From an uncultured Bacteroidales bacterium (GTDB lineage: Bacteria; Bacteroidota; Bacteroidia; Bacteroidales; VadinHA17), in NCBI GenBank assembly GCA_963825935.1, contig CAWGUN010000013.1, positions 1,012,340 to 1,076,339 on the forward strand: 64,000 nt of DNA. The letters are read 5' to 3'. The notes under the pieces are model-generated. The model worked only from the letters and a program-made list of their open reading frames with translations, was not told where the DNA came from and did not search any database. Positions 20,664-29,970 of this stretch are shown in pieces. A program made the position numbers and the translations under genes. Position 1 is the stretch's first letter. Each line of letters starts with the position of its first letter.

Positions 20664-20895
20664 GGAGATTCCTCGCTAACGCTCGGAATGACGTGGCGAG
20701 TTTGTAAGGTGTAGGGGGAAAGAAGTGGCGATTCGCAAACTTTAATTCTCTTGTCCATTTTACACTTTTTTGTGTAAACCTATTTTAGAACAAGACATTT
20801 TTGAACTCTTTCGATATTTTCAGCGAATCGCCACTTCTTTCCCCACCCCCTGTAAAATAATAAATTGTCATTCCGAGCGTTAGCGAGGAATCCCC
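20664..20895. repeat. 232-bp composite inverted repeat (MITE-like or structured RNA)
   Basis: The outer arms 20664..20692 and 20867..20895 are reverse complements (28/29). The inner arms 20715..20736 and 20823..20844 match 22/22. The 86-bp centre contains smaller stems of its own. Confidence 0.8.
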
Positions 20896-21098
20896 GGCAC
20901 TCTTGAACATTCACCTTCAGTTATTCAGACAGACAATCACAAATCAGAGAGTGCCTTGTCGCGCTTAGACCTCACCGAAGGTAATCTACCGGGATTCATG
21001 GTACGGATTATGGAGAGACACCCATATTTTCTAAAAATAGATCTCTTATTTGCTAAATATCAAATAGTTATACTTTAATGAAGCTAAAAACCGCTCAA

Positions 21099-21206
21099 AA
21101 CAAACGAATGGTGAATTAAGAACTGAAAAACTTCTGCAATCCGACTTTGTTTGTTCCAATGTTCATACTTCAAAAAAAAAGGTGTCCCGTCAGGACACCC
21201 TTTTTT
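21099..21206. repeat. Direct repeat copy 2 (~108 bp), includes a terminator hairpin
   Basis: See copy 1 at 20116..20221. Confidence 0.9.
21172..21206. terminator. Bidirectional intrinsic terminator (duplicate), 3' of tonB
   Basis: A9 run, GGTGTCC, cgtca, GGACACC, then C and a T6 run. It lies 19 bp beyond the tonB stop. Confidence 0.75.
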
Positions 21207-21224
21207 ATAATCAATAAACTGAGT

Positions 21225-22007
21225 CTACTTAAGTGTAAAGGTAATTGGTACCATATACCAGACAGGAACTGGTTTACCGCCCTGTTTTCCCGGTTTAAAC
21301 GGAGGAAGTGCCGTTACAACTCTGACTGCTTCTGCATCAAGCTCAGGGTCAACAGGTTTCAGCACGCTGACCTGATTTATTGTTCCCTTTGATGTAACGC
21401 AGAATCGTATGATAACTTTTCCCTGGATGTTGTTTTCTTTTGCAACCTCAGGATAATTTGTATGGTCTGCTATATATTTCAGCAGTCCGGCCTCCCCTCC
21501 ATCGGGGAACATTGGCATCTCTTCAACCACAACAAATGGAGCCTGCTCAGTTTCTTCCTCCTGAACCTCTTCTTTCACAGGTTCTACATATTCTACAACC
21601 TCTGTATTTTTGACTTCAACCTGGGCCTGATCAGCAGTCATCAGCTGTGATGCTTCTTTAGTGTCCACTGAGTCAACAACTACCGGAGGGACGTATTTTG
21701 CCTGCTGTACGGTCTCTGCCGGAGGAGGCGGTGGAGGAGGAGGAGGAGCTACAGTTTCATTTGCCTGCGGCAGGTTTTCCACATTGATCACTACCTGTCT
21801 TTCAGCACGTTTTGCCTTGTTTTCTGCTGCCTTTGCATTCAGATAGGGTGTAATAACAGCTGTGCCGAGAATTATGATCGCGATAAGCATCCCAATAACC
21901 ACATTGCGGCTGTATTTCTTACGAAGCCTGTAAGCTCCGTATTCCTTATTCCTGATTTCGAACACTATATCGTCGAATGCAGGAGTTTTGATCTTTTCTT
22001 TTGCCAT
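21225..22007 (-). CDS. tonB: Energy transducer TonB
   Basis: 260 aa with an N-terminal TM anchor, a PPPPPPPPP linker and a C-terminal TonB domain (YPEVAKENNIQGKVIIRF). Confidence 0.85.
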   Translation of the reverse strand: MAKEKIKTPAFDDIVFEIRNKEYGAYRLRKKYSRNVVIGMLIAIIILGTAVITPYLNAKAAENKAKRAERQVVINVENLPQANETVAPPPPPPPPPAETVQQAKYVPPVVVDSVDTKEASQLMTADQAQVEVKNTEVVEYVEPVKEEVQEEETEQAPFVVVEEMPMFPDGGEAGLLKYIADHTNYPEVAKENNIQGKVIIRFCVTSKGTINQVSVLKPVDPELDAEAVRVVTALPPFKPGKQGGKPVPVWYMVPITFTLK

Positions 22008-22025
22008 TTTCTTAAGGTTTACGGG

Positions 22026-22694
22026 TTATTTAGTAGAAGCTAAAGCGGCTGGCGCATTAGCAACTGCTGTTTCTACCATCGTATTTTCATAAAATGTGAT
22101 ATCCACAAACATGAATACTGCAATTCCACAAATATTCATTTCATCAAGAATATTTACAAAATTACCATAATTAGCTTTCTTATATGCTTTTATAAGCACA
22201 ATAGGTCCGGTGTTATCCACCTTCTTAAGCTGCCTGATAGAGCTTAGAACTGAATCCTGCGAAATATTAATCTTCCCTGCAATCACCTGGTCGTTAAACT
22301 CTTTAATTCTTCTGGCCAGTGTTCTGTTTCTTTCGAGCAACAGTTGTCGAATACCAGTAGCGCTGTAATTAGTTTCAACTAAGGGTGGAAGATCATTGTA
22401 TTGCTCAGGCTTGACAGTTCCCGGGTACCAGAAAAGTCTGTCATCGGGACCCAGCAGGATATTCATTGTCCGGCTAGCAACAGCCTGAGGTTTCTCCTGA
22501 TCCGGAGGAACGTCCTTCTCAGGCAGAATGATCTCCATAACTTTCGCTTTATTGAAAGCGGTCGTCAGCATAAAGAATGTGATCAGCAAACACATAAGGT
22601 CAACCATAGGCGTCATATCAATACGCGGCATGTGTTTCTTCGGCTTCTTCGCACCGCCGCCTTTTCCTTTTTCCTCAACAATTACTTCTGCCAT
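22026..22694 (-). CDS. exbD: ExbD/TolR biopolymer transport protein (long form)
   Basis: 222 aa with the IDMTPMVDLMCLLITFFM signature TM segment. Confidence 0.8.
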   Translation of the reverse strand: MAEVIVEEKGKGGGAKKPKKHMPRIDMTPMVDLMCLLITFFMLTTAFNKAKVMEIILPEKDVPPDQEKPQAVASRTMNILLGPDDRLFWYPGTVKPEQYNDLPPLVETNYSATGIRQLLLERNRTLARRIKEFNDQVIAGKINISQDSVLSSIRQLKKVDNTGPIVLIKAYKKANYGNFVNILDEMNICGIAVFMFVDITFYENTMVETAVANAPAALASTK

Positions 22695-22695
22695 A

Positions 22696-23334
22696 TCACT
22701 TTTGTATTTCGTCTAGGTTTATTTTAGTTGCTTCAAGACTTGTAATCAGATTAAACCTGTTGACTTTATAATTCTGGAGAATATCAAGAACTTTTTTAAC
22801 AATCTCGAATCCTGTTTTGGAATCACCTTTGATGCAGGCATTGATATTAGGATTTACCTGGCGTGCATAAAGTATCCACATTGCAAGCTGATTATCAGCT
22901 GAGTCAAGGGGAATACCTGTCTGAAGTGCTTTTCTGGCATTATTATCGTTGATATCCAGAAACTCTTTCATCTTCAGAATCGGCACACCCATCGAGGAAG
23001 GATATTTTTCGAATTCCCTGAGTTCTTTGGGTGTGAATTCGATACCATACCTTTTACCCATTTCTTCAAGAATTTTTGGTCTGAATTTATAGAGGGTATC
23101 CGGTCCGTTATCAAAATTCATGAAGACTTTATCATCAATTGAAAGCAGGAAAGTCATCGTATTAAAATCAGGAGTAGGTTTTTCTGATATTGAATAGGGC
23201 GTATCAACAGCCGCCGGTTCAGGTTGTCTCATAGTTGCGGTCAACATAAGGAATGTCAGCACAACACAAAACGTATCAACCATGGGCGTCATATCGATGT
23301 GGGGCGACTTTGTCGGTAATTTAATCTTTGGCAT
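22696..23334 (-). CDS. exbD: ExbD/TolR biopolymer transport protein (long form)
   Basis: 212 aa with IDMTPMVDTFCVVLTFLM. Confidence 0.8.
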   Translation of the reverse strand: MPKIKLPTKSPHIDMTPMVDTFCVVLTFLMLTATMRQPEPAAVDTPYSISEKPTPDFNTMTFLLSIDDKVFMNFDNGPDTLYKFRPKILEEMGKRYGIEFTPKELREFEKYPSSMGVPILKMKEFLDINDNNARKALQTGIPLDSADNQLAMWILYARQVNPNINACIKGDSKTGFEIVKKVLDILQNYKVNRFNLITSLEATKINLDEIQK

Positions 23335-23378
23335 TGTAGTTTCTTATTTTAGATTTGAACCAAAAGATAAATTTCTTA

Positions 23379-24197
23379 TTATACTTTTTTCAGGGATGCA
23401 GCGAAATTCTGTGTCAGGCTGAATCCTGCTTCATCAATTTTAAATGTATATGAATCTATTGTTGATGAGAAATAATTGAATGCAATGATTGCTAAAGTAG
23501 ACCCTGTGATACCGAATGCTGTATTTACAAGAGCTTCTGAAATACCTGTTGCAAGAGCAAGGGCGTCAGGAGCACCTGATTGTGCAAGAGCACCGAATGC
23601 ACGGATCATACCAAGTACTGTACCGATAAGACCGATAAGCACTGATATTGAGGCAAGAGTTGAGAAAATAACCATGTTCTTTGAGAGCATCGGCAGCTCA
23701 AGTGCTGTAGCTTCTTCAAATGATTTCTGGATAGACAGGATTTTCTGGTCTTTTTCAAGATCCTTGTCTTTCTGCAGGTCGCGGTAACGTAACAGACCAG
23801 CTTTCATGACATTTGCAAGAGAACCTTTCTGCTTATCGCATGCATCCATTGCTTCTTCAATTTTATCTTCTGTCAGAAGACCCTGAAGCTGGCTTACAAA
23901 AGAATTTATCCTTCCTTTTCCTTTTGCTCTTGAAAGAGTTATTGCCCTTTCACAAATGAAAATGAGGAGGACTAATACGCAGGTCATAAGAATTGGAACA
24001 ATAAAGCCACCTTTGAAAATAATTCCGAGATAGTTACTCTGAAGTGGTGTCCCATGTATATTTCCACCTTCGAAGTTAACCGGGTTCCCCATTATATTGG
24101 TGAACAATAAATAGGAAACGATAAATGCTATTAAAATAGCACTAGCTGCAAATACGTTCTGCAGCGCATCTTTGAACGAACTTCCTTGTTTACTCAT
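23379..24197 (-). CDS. exbB: MotA/TolQ/ExbB proton channel protein
   Basis: 272 aa. The C-terminal GLIGTVLGMIRAFGAL...ISEALVNTAFG is the typical ExbB signature. Confidence 0.85.
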   Translation of the reverse strand: MSKQGSSFKDALQNVFAASAILIAFIVSYLLFTNIMGNPVNFEGGNIHGTPLQSNYLGIIFKGGFIVPILMTCVLVLLIFICERAITLSRAKGKGRINSFVSQLQGLLTEDKIEEAMDACDKQKGSLANVMKAGLLRYRDLQKDKDLEKDQKILSIQKSFEEATALELPMLSKNMVIFSTLASISVLIGLIGTVLGMIRAFGALAQSGAPDALALATGISEALVNTAFGITGSTLAIIAFNYFSSTIDSYTFKIDEAGFSLTQNFAASLKKV

Positions 24198-24386
24198 TTT
24201 TATCGATTTGTTTAGGTTTAAGATTTTACAATTTGCAAATATATATGTTCAAATGTTTTTATCAAACAAAGTGCGGTATATTGTTAATCTTTTGATGCAA
24301 ATATTTATAATCTTCTCTTAAAAAGACCTTTAAACCGTTAATAACCCTATCTGTTTTTATCCTTTTTTTTTCGAACTGTCATTTTT

Positions 24387-26631
24387 TTATTTTGAAAGCG
24401 ACACAGGATATATTCTTGTTTTGGTTATTGGTATTTCCTTCGTTTGATATCCTTTTGCACTGATAATCAGGACTTCAGAGCCCACGGGTATTTCAAATTT
24501 GAATTCTCCCTTAGTATTTGTCATGTTCTCCGCAGCAGTATCCTTAACCCTTATCGAAGCATAAGCAATAGGCTTTCCGGTGACAGCATCCTTTACCACT
24601 CCTTTGATTTCATTCGGATTTATCCCGTTCCTTACTGAGGTTTCATATTCCTGCACCCACCTTAGATTATTTTTTGCTGAGACATTATTAGGATCAATAG
24701 CTATGATCTTCCCATATGCATCATTGGCCCTTGCAAGGATGGCAAGCTTCCCTTCAAGGGTTTTTTCATTCCCGGCTATTTTTGATTCAGTTGTACCAAT
24801 ACCATTATAACCCTTAATTTTATTCTCCTTGTTATTTGGATCCAGGTTGATCATCCTGTTATAGTACTCTTTTGCAGTAGAATAGTTTTCTTTTGACAAA
24901 TGATAATATCCAAGGTATCCGAAAGCTTCCATCATTTCAGCTTCATTCTTCAGTGAGTCGGGTTTTGCTATTTCAATGACTTTTTCAAACTTTTGCCTGG
25001 CAAGCCCCATTTTATAGTCGGGATCCATTTTGGAGTATGTCCTTGCTATATAGAGATGTGCAGGAAGGTACTTTGGAGATTTCTTAAGAATTAAACTAAA
25101 TACAGAATCTGCAGCTTTATAATTTCCTCCATTAATGAATGCCCTTCCGACCCTCATGTATCCATCGAGATCATCCTTGGCAGGATCAATAAGTTTTGCC
25201 ATGGTTTTTGCAGCTTCATTATACCGTCTGAAGTTACTGTAATAGCTGGCCATTTCGCTTAAAATCCCCCTGTCCTGAGGTTTGAGTTCAAGGACTTTAG
25301 TATATTCCCTGAATCCCCTGTCAATCTCTTTACTTGAATTTGCTACCTCGCTCTTCAGTTTTTCAACTTTGCCGGTTAATCCGTCAAGAGCAGGTTTCAA
25401 TTTGGCTTTATCGGCAGCTGAAGCAGCTGAATACCTGTTCTTTTCCCTTTGAAGCTGCTGGTCAAGATTATCAAGTTCATCTGCCATTTTTGGATAATTC
25501 TGATTTTTCTTCATCAGTATCCTTGCAGTATAATGATAATCTTTAGGCAGAATCCTGTCGGAAGAGACTGTTTTGAAGAGTTCATCCATATACCAGAGGG
25601 CTTTAACATAATCAGCATTCTTTTTCTCATAATATGAATATCCGGCCAGACGATTCATATATGCTCTTGATTTATCGACAGCAAGTATTTCTTCAACATT
25701 CTTAATAACTTCGTCATAATCACCTGCATAGAAAAGTGAGTTCACGTACCTCGTTTTAGCGGGGATATTGCCTTCTGTTAGTTCAAGATATTTTTTAAAA
25801 TTAATCTTTGACTGATCAAGCCTCTGGGCCATCCAGTAAAGCTGTCCAAGTTCGCGGTAAGCAGGAGCATAATTGGCATCCAGCCTGATAGCCTCCTCAA
25901 AATACGGAATGGCAGCCTGAAGACTCTTTCCTCTTACGTATATGTTACCAATTTTCATGTTTGCTGTCGGTGATTTAGGGTCTGCAAACTGGGCAAGGTT
26001 GTAATTCTTAATAGCATTGGAACCGTCATTTGCAAGAATATAAATATCTCCGGCGATCAGGAAAATATCCTTATTCTTGTCATCAATCTTCACTGCCTGC
26101 CTTATTAACGGAAGAGCTGCAGATGTATCAACCTCTCCATCCTTTATATAGGATTCAGCTATTTTAGCAAGTGCAAATGCATAATCCTTTGGCAGGGGGG
26201 ACGATCTTTTTTATGTTTTTATACGGAAGAAGAAAACTTTTAGCTTTGGCACGCATTTCTGTTGCTGTCTTATTATCATCGAGATAAGAGGCAATTTTTG
26301 CCAGACCAACATAATTAAGCGGATCTCCGGGATTGGCATTTACTCCTTTCTGGTAGAAATCCTTTGCTTTTTTTGTGGCTATTGAAAGCGAGTTGGATAT
26401 TGTATCAGCAAAATAATCAAGAAGTGTGTTTTCTCCAAGGAAGAAATAGTATTTGCTGTTTGCGGGCTCTTTCTGAACAAGTTGCTGTAACATTGTTTCG
26501 GCTTTATCATACTGCTCGCTCCTTGTCAGAGACAATGCAGAAGCTAAATCCTGTGCCTGAATATTGTTTGCAATAAATCCTGCCATCGCAGCAGCCAGGA
26601 AAAAACCTTTTGTTGAAAATGAACGTTTCAT
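24387..26631 (-). pseudogene. Secreted TPR protein with a C-terminal carboxypeptidase-regulatory-like domain, split by a frameshift in a homopolymer tract
   Basis: The ORFs 26164..26631 (signal peptide plus TPR) and 24387..26093 are contiguous if one C is removed from the C6 run at 26195..26200. The junction would then read ...KKIVPLPKDYAFALAKIAESY. Confidence 0.7.
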
Positions 26632-26756
26632 AACTAGAAATTTATTTTGATGTCAATTATACTAATTTTTGCTTTTAGTTATTCTTTTTTCTTTTATCTT
26701 TTGTTATTCCCGCTTTGCGGGATTTCGTCACTTTGTTCCTCAACTTTTGTCTTTTG

Positions 26757-27806
26757 TTAGTTCTTAGTCTGCACAATCCTTATAGGCATTGTGGCTGGAA
26801 CAAGTCCGGATTTCAGAACAATTCTTTGTCCCTGTTCAGCTGTAGCCCACTGTATAAAACCTGAACCTAATCCTTTAAATGTTTCTCTTGAAATAAGATA
26901 CACCTCTCTTACAAATGGATATGATTTGTCATAGATAAATCCCTGGTCCGGACGGTAATAGTAATTGTCATTTGACAATTGTTGTGAAACTGCCACACGA
27001 CGGATCTTATTTAGATAGCGCATGCTTGTCGAATCATCCTTGTCGCTTATCCAGTTTACGCTTACAATACCAAGGGCATCAGGATTCCTTGAGACGTAAT
27101 CTATTACTTCGACATTGCTGTTCTTTGCATAGAAATTACCCGGAAGATTGTCCTTTATTTCAAAGAGTTCTTTAAAGTACCTTATATTTCCCGATTTTGT
27201 ATTGTCAAAAATCACGCTTATATCGCCCCGTTTTGATTTGGGATCAAGATCTTTCCAGGTGACTGCATTTCCAAGAAAAATATCCTTTACAGATTTATAT
27301 TGTAAAAGTGTATCCATATTTTCCTTGTTTATAACCAGTGCAAGAGCATCATAGGCAAAGGTGATCGTACGGGCAACTATCAGGGTATCTCTCAGGTACT
27401 GGATCTGATCATCTGTAAGTTTCCTGCTGGTTACTATAACTTTGACAGAGTCGTTCATAAAATCATTAACCACATCATATTCCGGTTTATACTGAGGTTT
27501 AATCGTAGCATTTTCATACAGATGTGTAAAAGTAAAAACCTCTGCATCAATTAATGGCTGGAATGATTCATCAGCTGTAATTTTAATGTTTCCCTGTGTT
27601 GGTGATTCCAACGGAGCAGGGTTCTTTCCCCTGCATGAAACAAGGGAAAGCATTAACACTATTGCCAGATAACGCAATTCTTTACTAAAATTATGCGATT
27701 TTAAAGTGGTCACTCCGGTAATGCCGAAAGAAAGTATATTACGGCCCACAATAGTAATAAAATTCTGTGTAAATTTAACTATGCTCATATCCTTAAATTT
27801 TGTCAT
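26757..27806 (-). CDS. PstS-family phosphate-binding (PBP2-like) lipoprotein
   Basis: 349 aa with the lipobox LSLVSC and a periplasmic-binding-protein fold pattern. It is the first gene of the TPR-exbB-exbD-exbD-tonB block. The exact start is uncertain. Confidence 0.6.
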   Translation of the reverse strand: MTKFKDMSIVKFTQNFITIVGRNILSFGITGVTTLKSHNFSKELRYLAIVLMLSLVSCRGKNPAPLESPTQGNIKITADESFQPLIDAEVFTFTHLYENATIKPQYKPEYDVVNDFMNDSVKVIVTSRKLTDDQIQYLRDTLIVARTITFAYDALALVINKENMDTLLQYKSVKDIFLGNAVTWKDLDPKSKRGDISVIFDNTKSGNIRYFKELFEIKDNLPGNFYAKNSNVEVIDYVSRNPDALGIVSVNWISDKDDSTSMRYLNKIRRVAVSQQLSNDNYYYRPDQGFIYDKSYPFVREVYLISRETFKGLGSGFIQWATAEQGQRIVLKSGLVPATMPIRIVQTKN

Positions 27807-27900
27807 AACTGATTTTTTACTAAAAGCAACACTGCAAAGTATATGCCAAGTCTAATCTCAGGACCAAATAACTTAACAGAAAAGATTAATCTCATCAGAC

Positions 27901-28137
27901 TTATTCTTCCTTTTCTCTTTTAGTAAAAAATGCTTCAACAACCTGCTTATAAGTGACATAAATCCTGTACAAACCGTAAAACAGGAATGTTGACCCCATA
28001 ATGACACGGATGGCTTTATCGATATTGAACCTTCTGCTTGCAAAAAAGAGGAAAAAAATCCCAATACCAATATAAAAAACTACCATGAAAATCCCGAATA
28101 TAGCATGGAATTGCCGCAGAATTTTATTATCATTCAT
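27901..28137 (-). CDS. Small membrane protein with 2 TM helices
   Basis: Start chosen at MNDNKILRQ. There are two hydrophobic helices and no recognisable family. Confidence 0.45.
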   Translation of the reverse strand: MNDNKILRQFHAIFGIFMVVFYIGIGIFFLFFASRRFNIDKAIRVIMGSTFLFYGLYRIYVTYKQVVEAFFTKREKEE

Positions 28138-28221
28138 ATTAAAAATATTTGGCCCAAATAAACAAAAAATCAAGCTAATTTCAAATACGTCAGGTCAATA
28201 AGGTTATAAAAAATAACGGAT

Positions 28222-29445
28222 TTACTGTTTTAACAAGAGAGAGCTGTCTCCAAAACTCAGAAATCTGAATTTATTTTCCAGTGCAAAGTTATAGATTTTT
28301 TTCCAGTCGGAGCCAACCCATGCAGAAATAAGCAATAAAAGAGTACTTTTCGGTTGATGGAAATTCGTAAGGATTCCGTTAATCACTCTGAATTTGTACC
28401 CCGGGATAATTATGATCTTTGTAACTCCGTGCAGGAACGTGACTTTCTTCTTTTCCATCAGAATCAATAAAGCATCAAGTGATTCCCTGAAAGATATTTT
28501 TATATTCTGCCCGTATGGTTCCCATTGATCCATAATAAGCTCATTATCAGATTCAGATGGGTCCCGGATTATTTTAACACCAAGCCAGAAAAGAGTTTCA
28601 AGTGTTCTGACACTGGTTGTCCCGACAGCAATTATCTTTCCCTCATTGTCAAGAATATCTTCAATTGTCTTCTTCGAAACAAAGAAATGTTCACAATGCA
28701 TCTCATGTTCTGATATATCATTTGTTTTAACAGGCTGAAAAGTTCCTGCACCGACATGAAGTGTAATCTCTACACTTTTAATTCCCCTTGACTTTATATC
28801 ATCCAGAACCTCTTTTGTAAAATGAAGCCCGGCAGTCGGAGCGGCAACAGACCCTTTTGCTGTTGAATAGACTGTCTGATACCTGATGTTATCAGCCTTC
28901 TCATCATCCCGCTTAACATAGGGTGGGAGAGGTATATGCCCTGCAGACTCAATTACTTCCCCGAAGGTGATATGCCCGGAGTTCCAGCTGAACCTTATTC
29001 TCCATACCTCACCGTCAGAGCAGACCTTCTCCGCTGTCAGTTTATAATAATTTCCTTTGTAAAGGAACTCAGTAATTAAATAGCCGGTTTTCCATTTTTT
29101 CAGATTCCCGATTATACATTTCCATTCAACCGGTTTTTTTGAGCCGAATGATAGTTCATACTCAGCAGGTGACTGTGGTTCAAGGCAGAAGACTTCAATA
29201 TTGGCCCCGGATTCTTTCCGGAACAGAATACGTGCTCTTATTACCCTGGTATTGTTGAATACCATTAAAGCATCATGAGGCAGATATTCAGGAATATTAC
29301 TGAAAATATCTTCGGAAATAACACCTTTATTATATAGAAGCAGCTTTGAATTCTCTCTTTTTCTGACAGGATATTGTGCTATCTTCTCTTCCGGAAGATC
29401 ATAATCATAGTCATCAATATTTATTTTATCTGTTTTTTCTTTCAT
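28222..29445 (-). CDS. queA: S-adenosylmethionine:tRNA ribosyltransferase-isomerase
   Basis: YDYDLPEEKIAQYP N-terminus (start at MKEKTD, 29445), PLPPY, and GTTSVRTLE. Confidence 0.9.
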   Translation of the reverse strand: MKEKTDKINIDDYDYDLPEEKIAQYPVRKRENSKLLLYNKGVISEDIFSNIPEYLPHDALMVFNNTRVIRARILFRKESGANIEVFCLEPQSPAEYELSFGSKKPVEWKCIIGNLKKWKTGYLITEFLYKGNYYKLTAEKVCSDGEVWRIRFSWNSGHITFGEVIESAGHIPLPPYVKRDDEKADNIRYQTVYSTAKGSVAAPTAGLHFTKEVLDDIKSRGIKSVEITLHVGAGTFQPVKTNDISEHEMHCEHFFVSKKTIEDILDNEGKIIAVGTTSVRTLETLFWLGVKIIRDPSESDNELIMDQWEPYGQNIKISFRESLDALLILMEKKKVTFLHGVTKIIIIPGYKFRVINGILTNFHQPKSTLLLLISAWVGSDWKKIYNFALENKFRFLSFGDSSLLLKQ

Positions 29446-29515
29446 CCTTTTTGCCTTAACACCCTGTTTTTCCACTGCAAAAATAACCAATTAATAACCA
29501 GATTTTCTTTTTTCG

Positions 29516-29523
29516 TATCTTTG
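29516..29523 (+). promoter_or_regulatory. Candidate -7 box (TATCTTTG) for rnpB
   Basis: TAnnTTTG match ending 5 nt before the predicted 5' end of the RNase P RNA P1 stem. Confidence 0.4.
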
Positions 29524-29527
29524 CATC

Positions 29528-29921
29528 GCAGCAGGCCGTTCCATCGTCCCGCTTTTCCGCAGGGAAAAGCGGGAAGGAAAGTCCGGGCAACAAAGAGCAC
29601 CATGCTTCCTAACGGGAAGATATCCGTGAGGGTATAGAAGTGTAACAGAAAATAACCGTCCCGGTTTTACATTTTGTAGAAGCGGGGTAAGGGTGAAAAG
29701 GCGAGGTAAAAGCTCACCGGTTCCGATGGCAACACCGGAAGCCGTACACCTGATGGGTTGAAAGACCATGTATACCGGCAATAAGGGCTGCTCGTCCGAT
29801 GCCGGGGGGTAGGTCGTACGATCACCGCAGTGATGCTGTGACAAGATAAATGATGGAAAACGGTTCGAAATTCTCTTGCAGAAAACTGAACCGTACAGAA
29901 CCCGGCTTACAGGCCGGCTGC
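29528..29921 (+). ncRNA. rnpB: RNase P RNA, bacterial type A
   Basis: It has the universally conserved GGAAAGTCCGGGC (P4 5' strand) and ACAGAACCCGGCTTA (P4 3' strand). P1 pairs GCAGCAGGCC (29528-29537) with GGCCGGCTGC (29912-29921). Confidence 0.9.
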
Positions 29922-29966
29922 AACATGTAGAGGCGCCCAAATTGGTCGCCTCTACATGTTTTTTTT
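29922..29966 (+). terminator. Intrinsic terminator after rnpB
   Basis: Perfect 14-bp stem AACATGTAGAGGCG / CGCCTCTACATGTT followed by a T-run. Confidence 0.85.
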
Positions 29967-29970
29967 GTGG

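Noticed and set aside
20896-21098. About 200 bp of unassigned sequence inside the GIY-YIG cassette. I examined it for a tRNA fragment, an att-like site or a second ORF.
   Set aside because: Only a short stem (GGCACTCT / AGAGTGCC, 20896-20956) was found. I could see no tRNA-like motif and no ORF, so it is left unannotated rather than guessed.
21661-21846. 61-aa plus-strand ORF containing a poly-Gly run.
   Set aside because: It is the antisense reading of the TonB poly-Pro linker (CCN codons read as GGN). It is an artefact.
29491-29940. 149-aa minus-strand ORF in the track.
   Set aside because: It lies entirely antisense to the RNase P RNA gene, whose conserved P4 motifs are on the plus strand. 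The Cys/Pro/Arg-rich translation is typical of spurious ORFs across GC-rich structured RNA.
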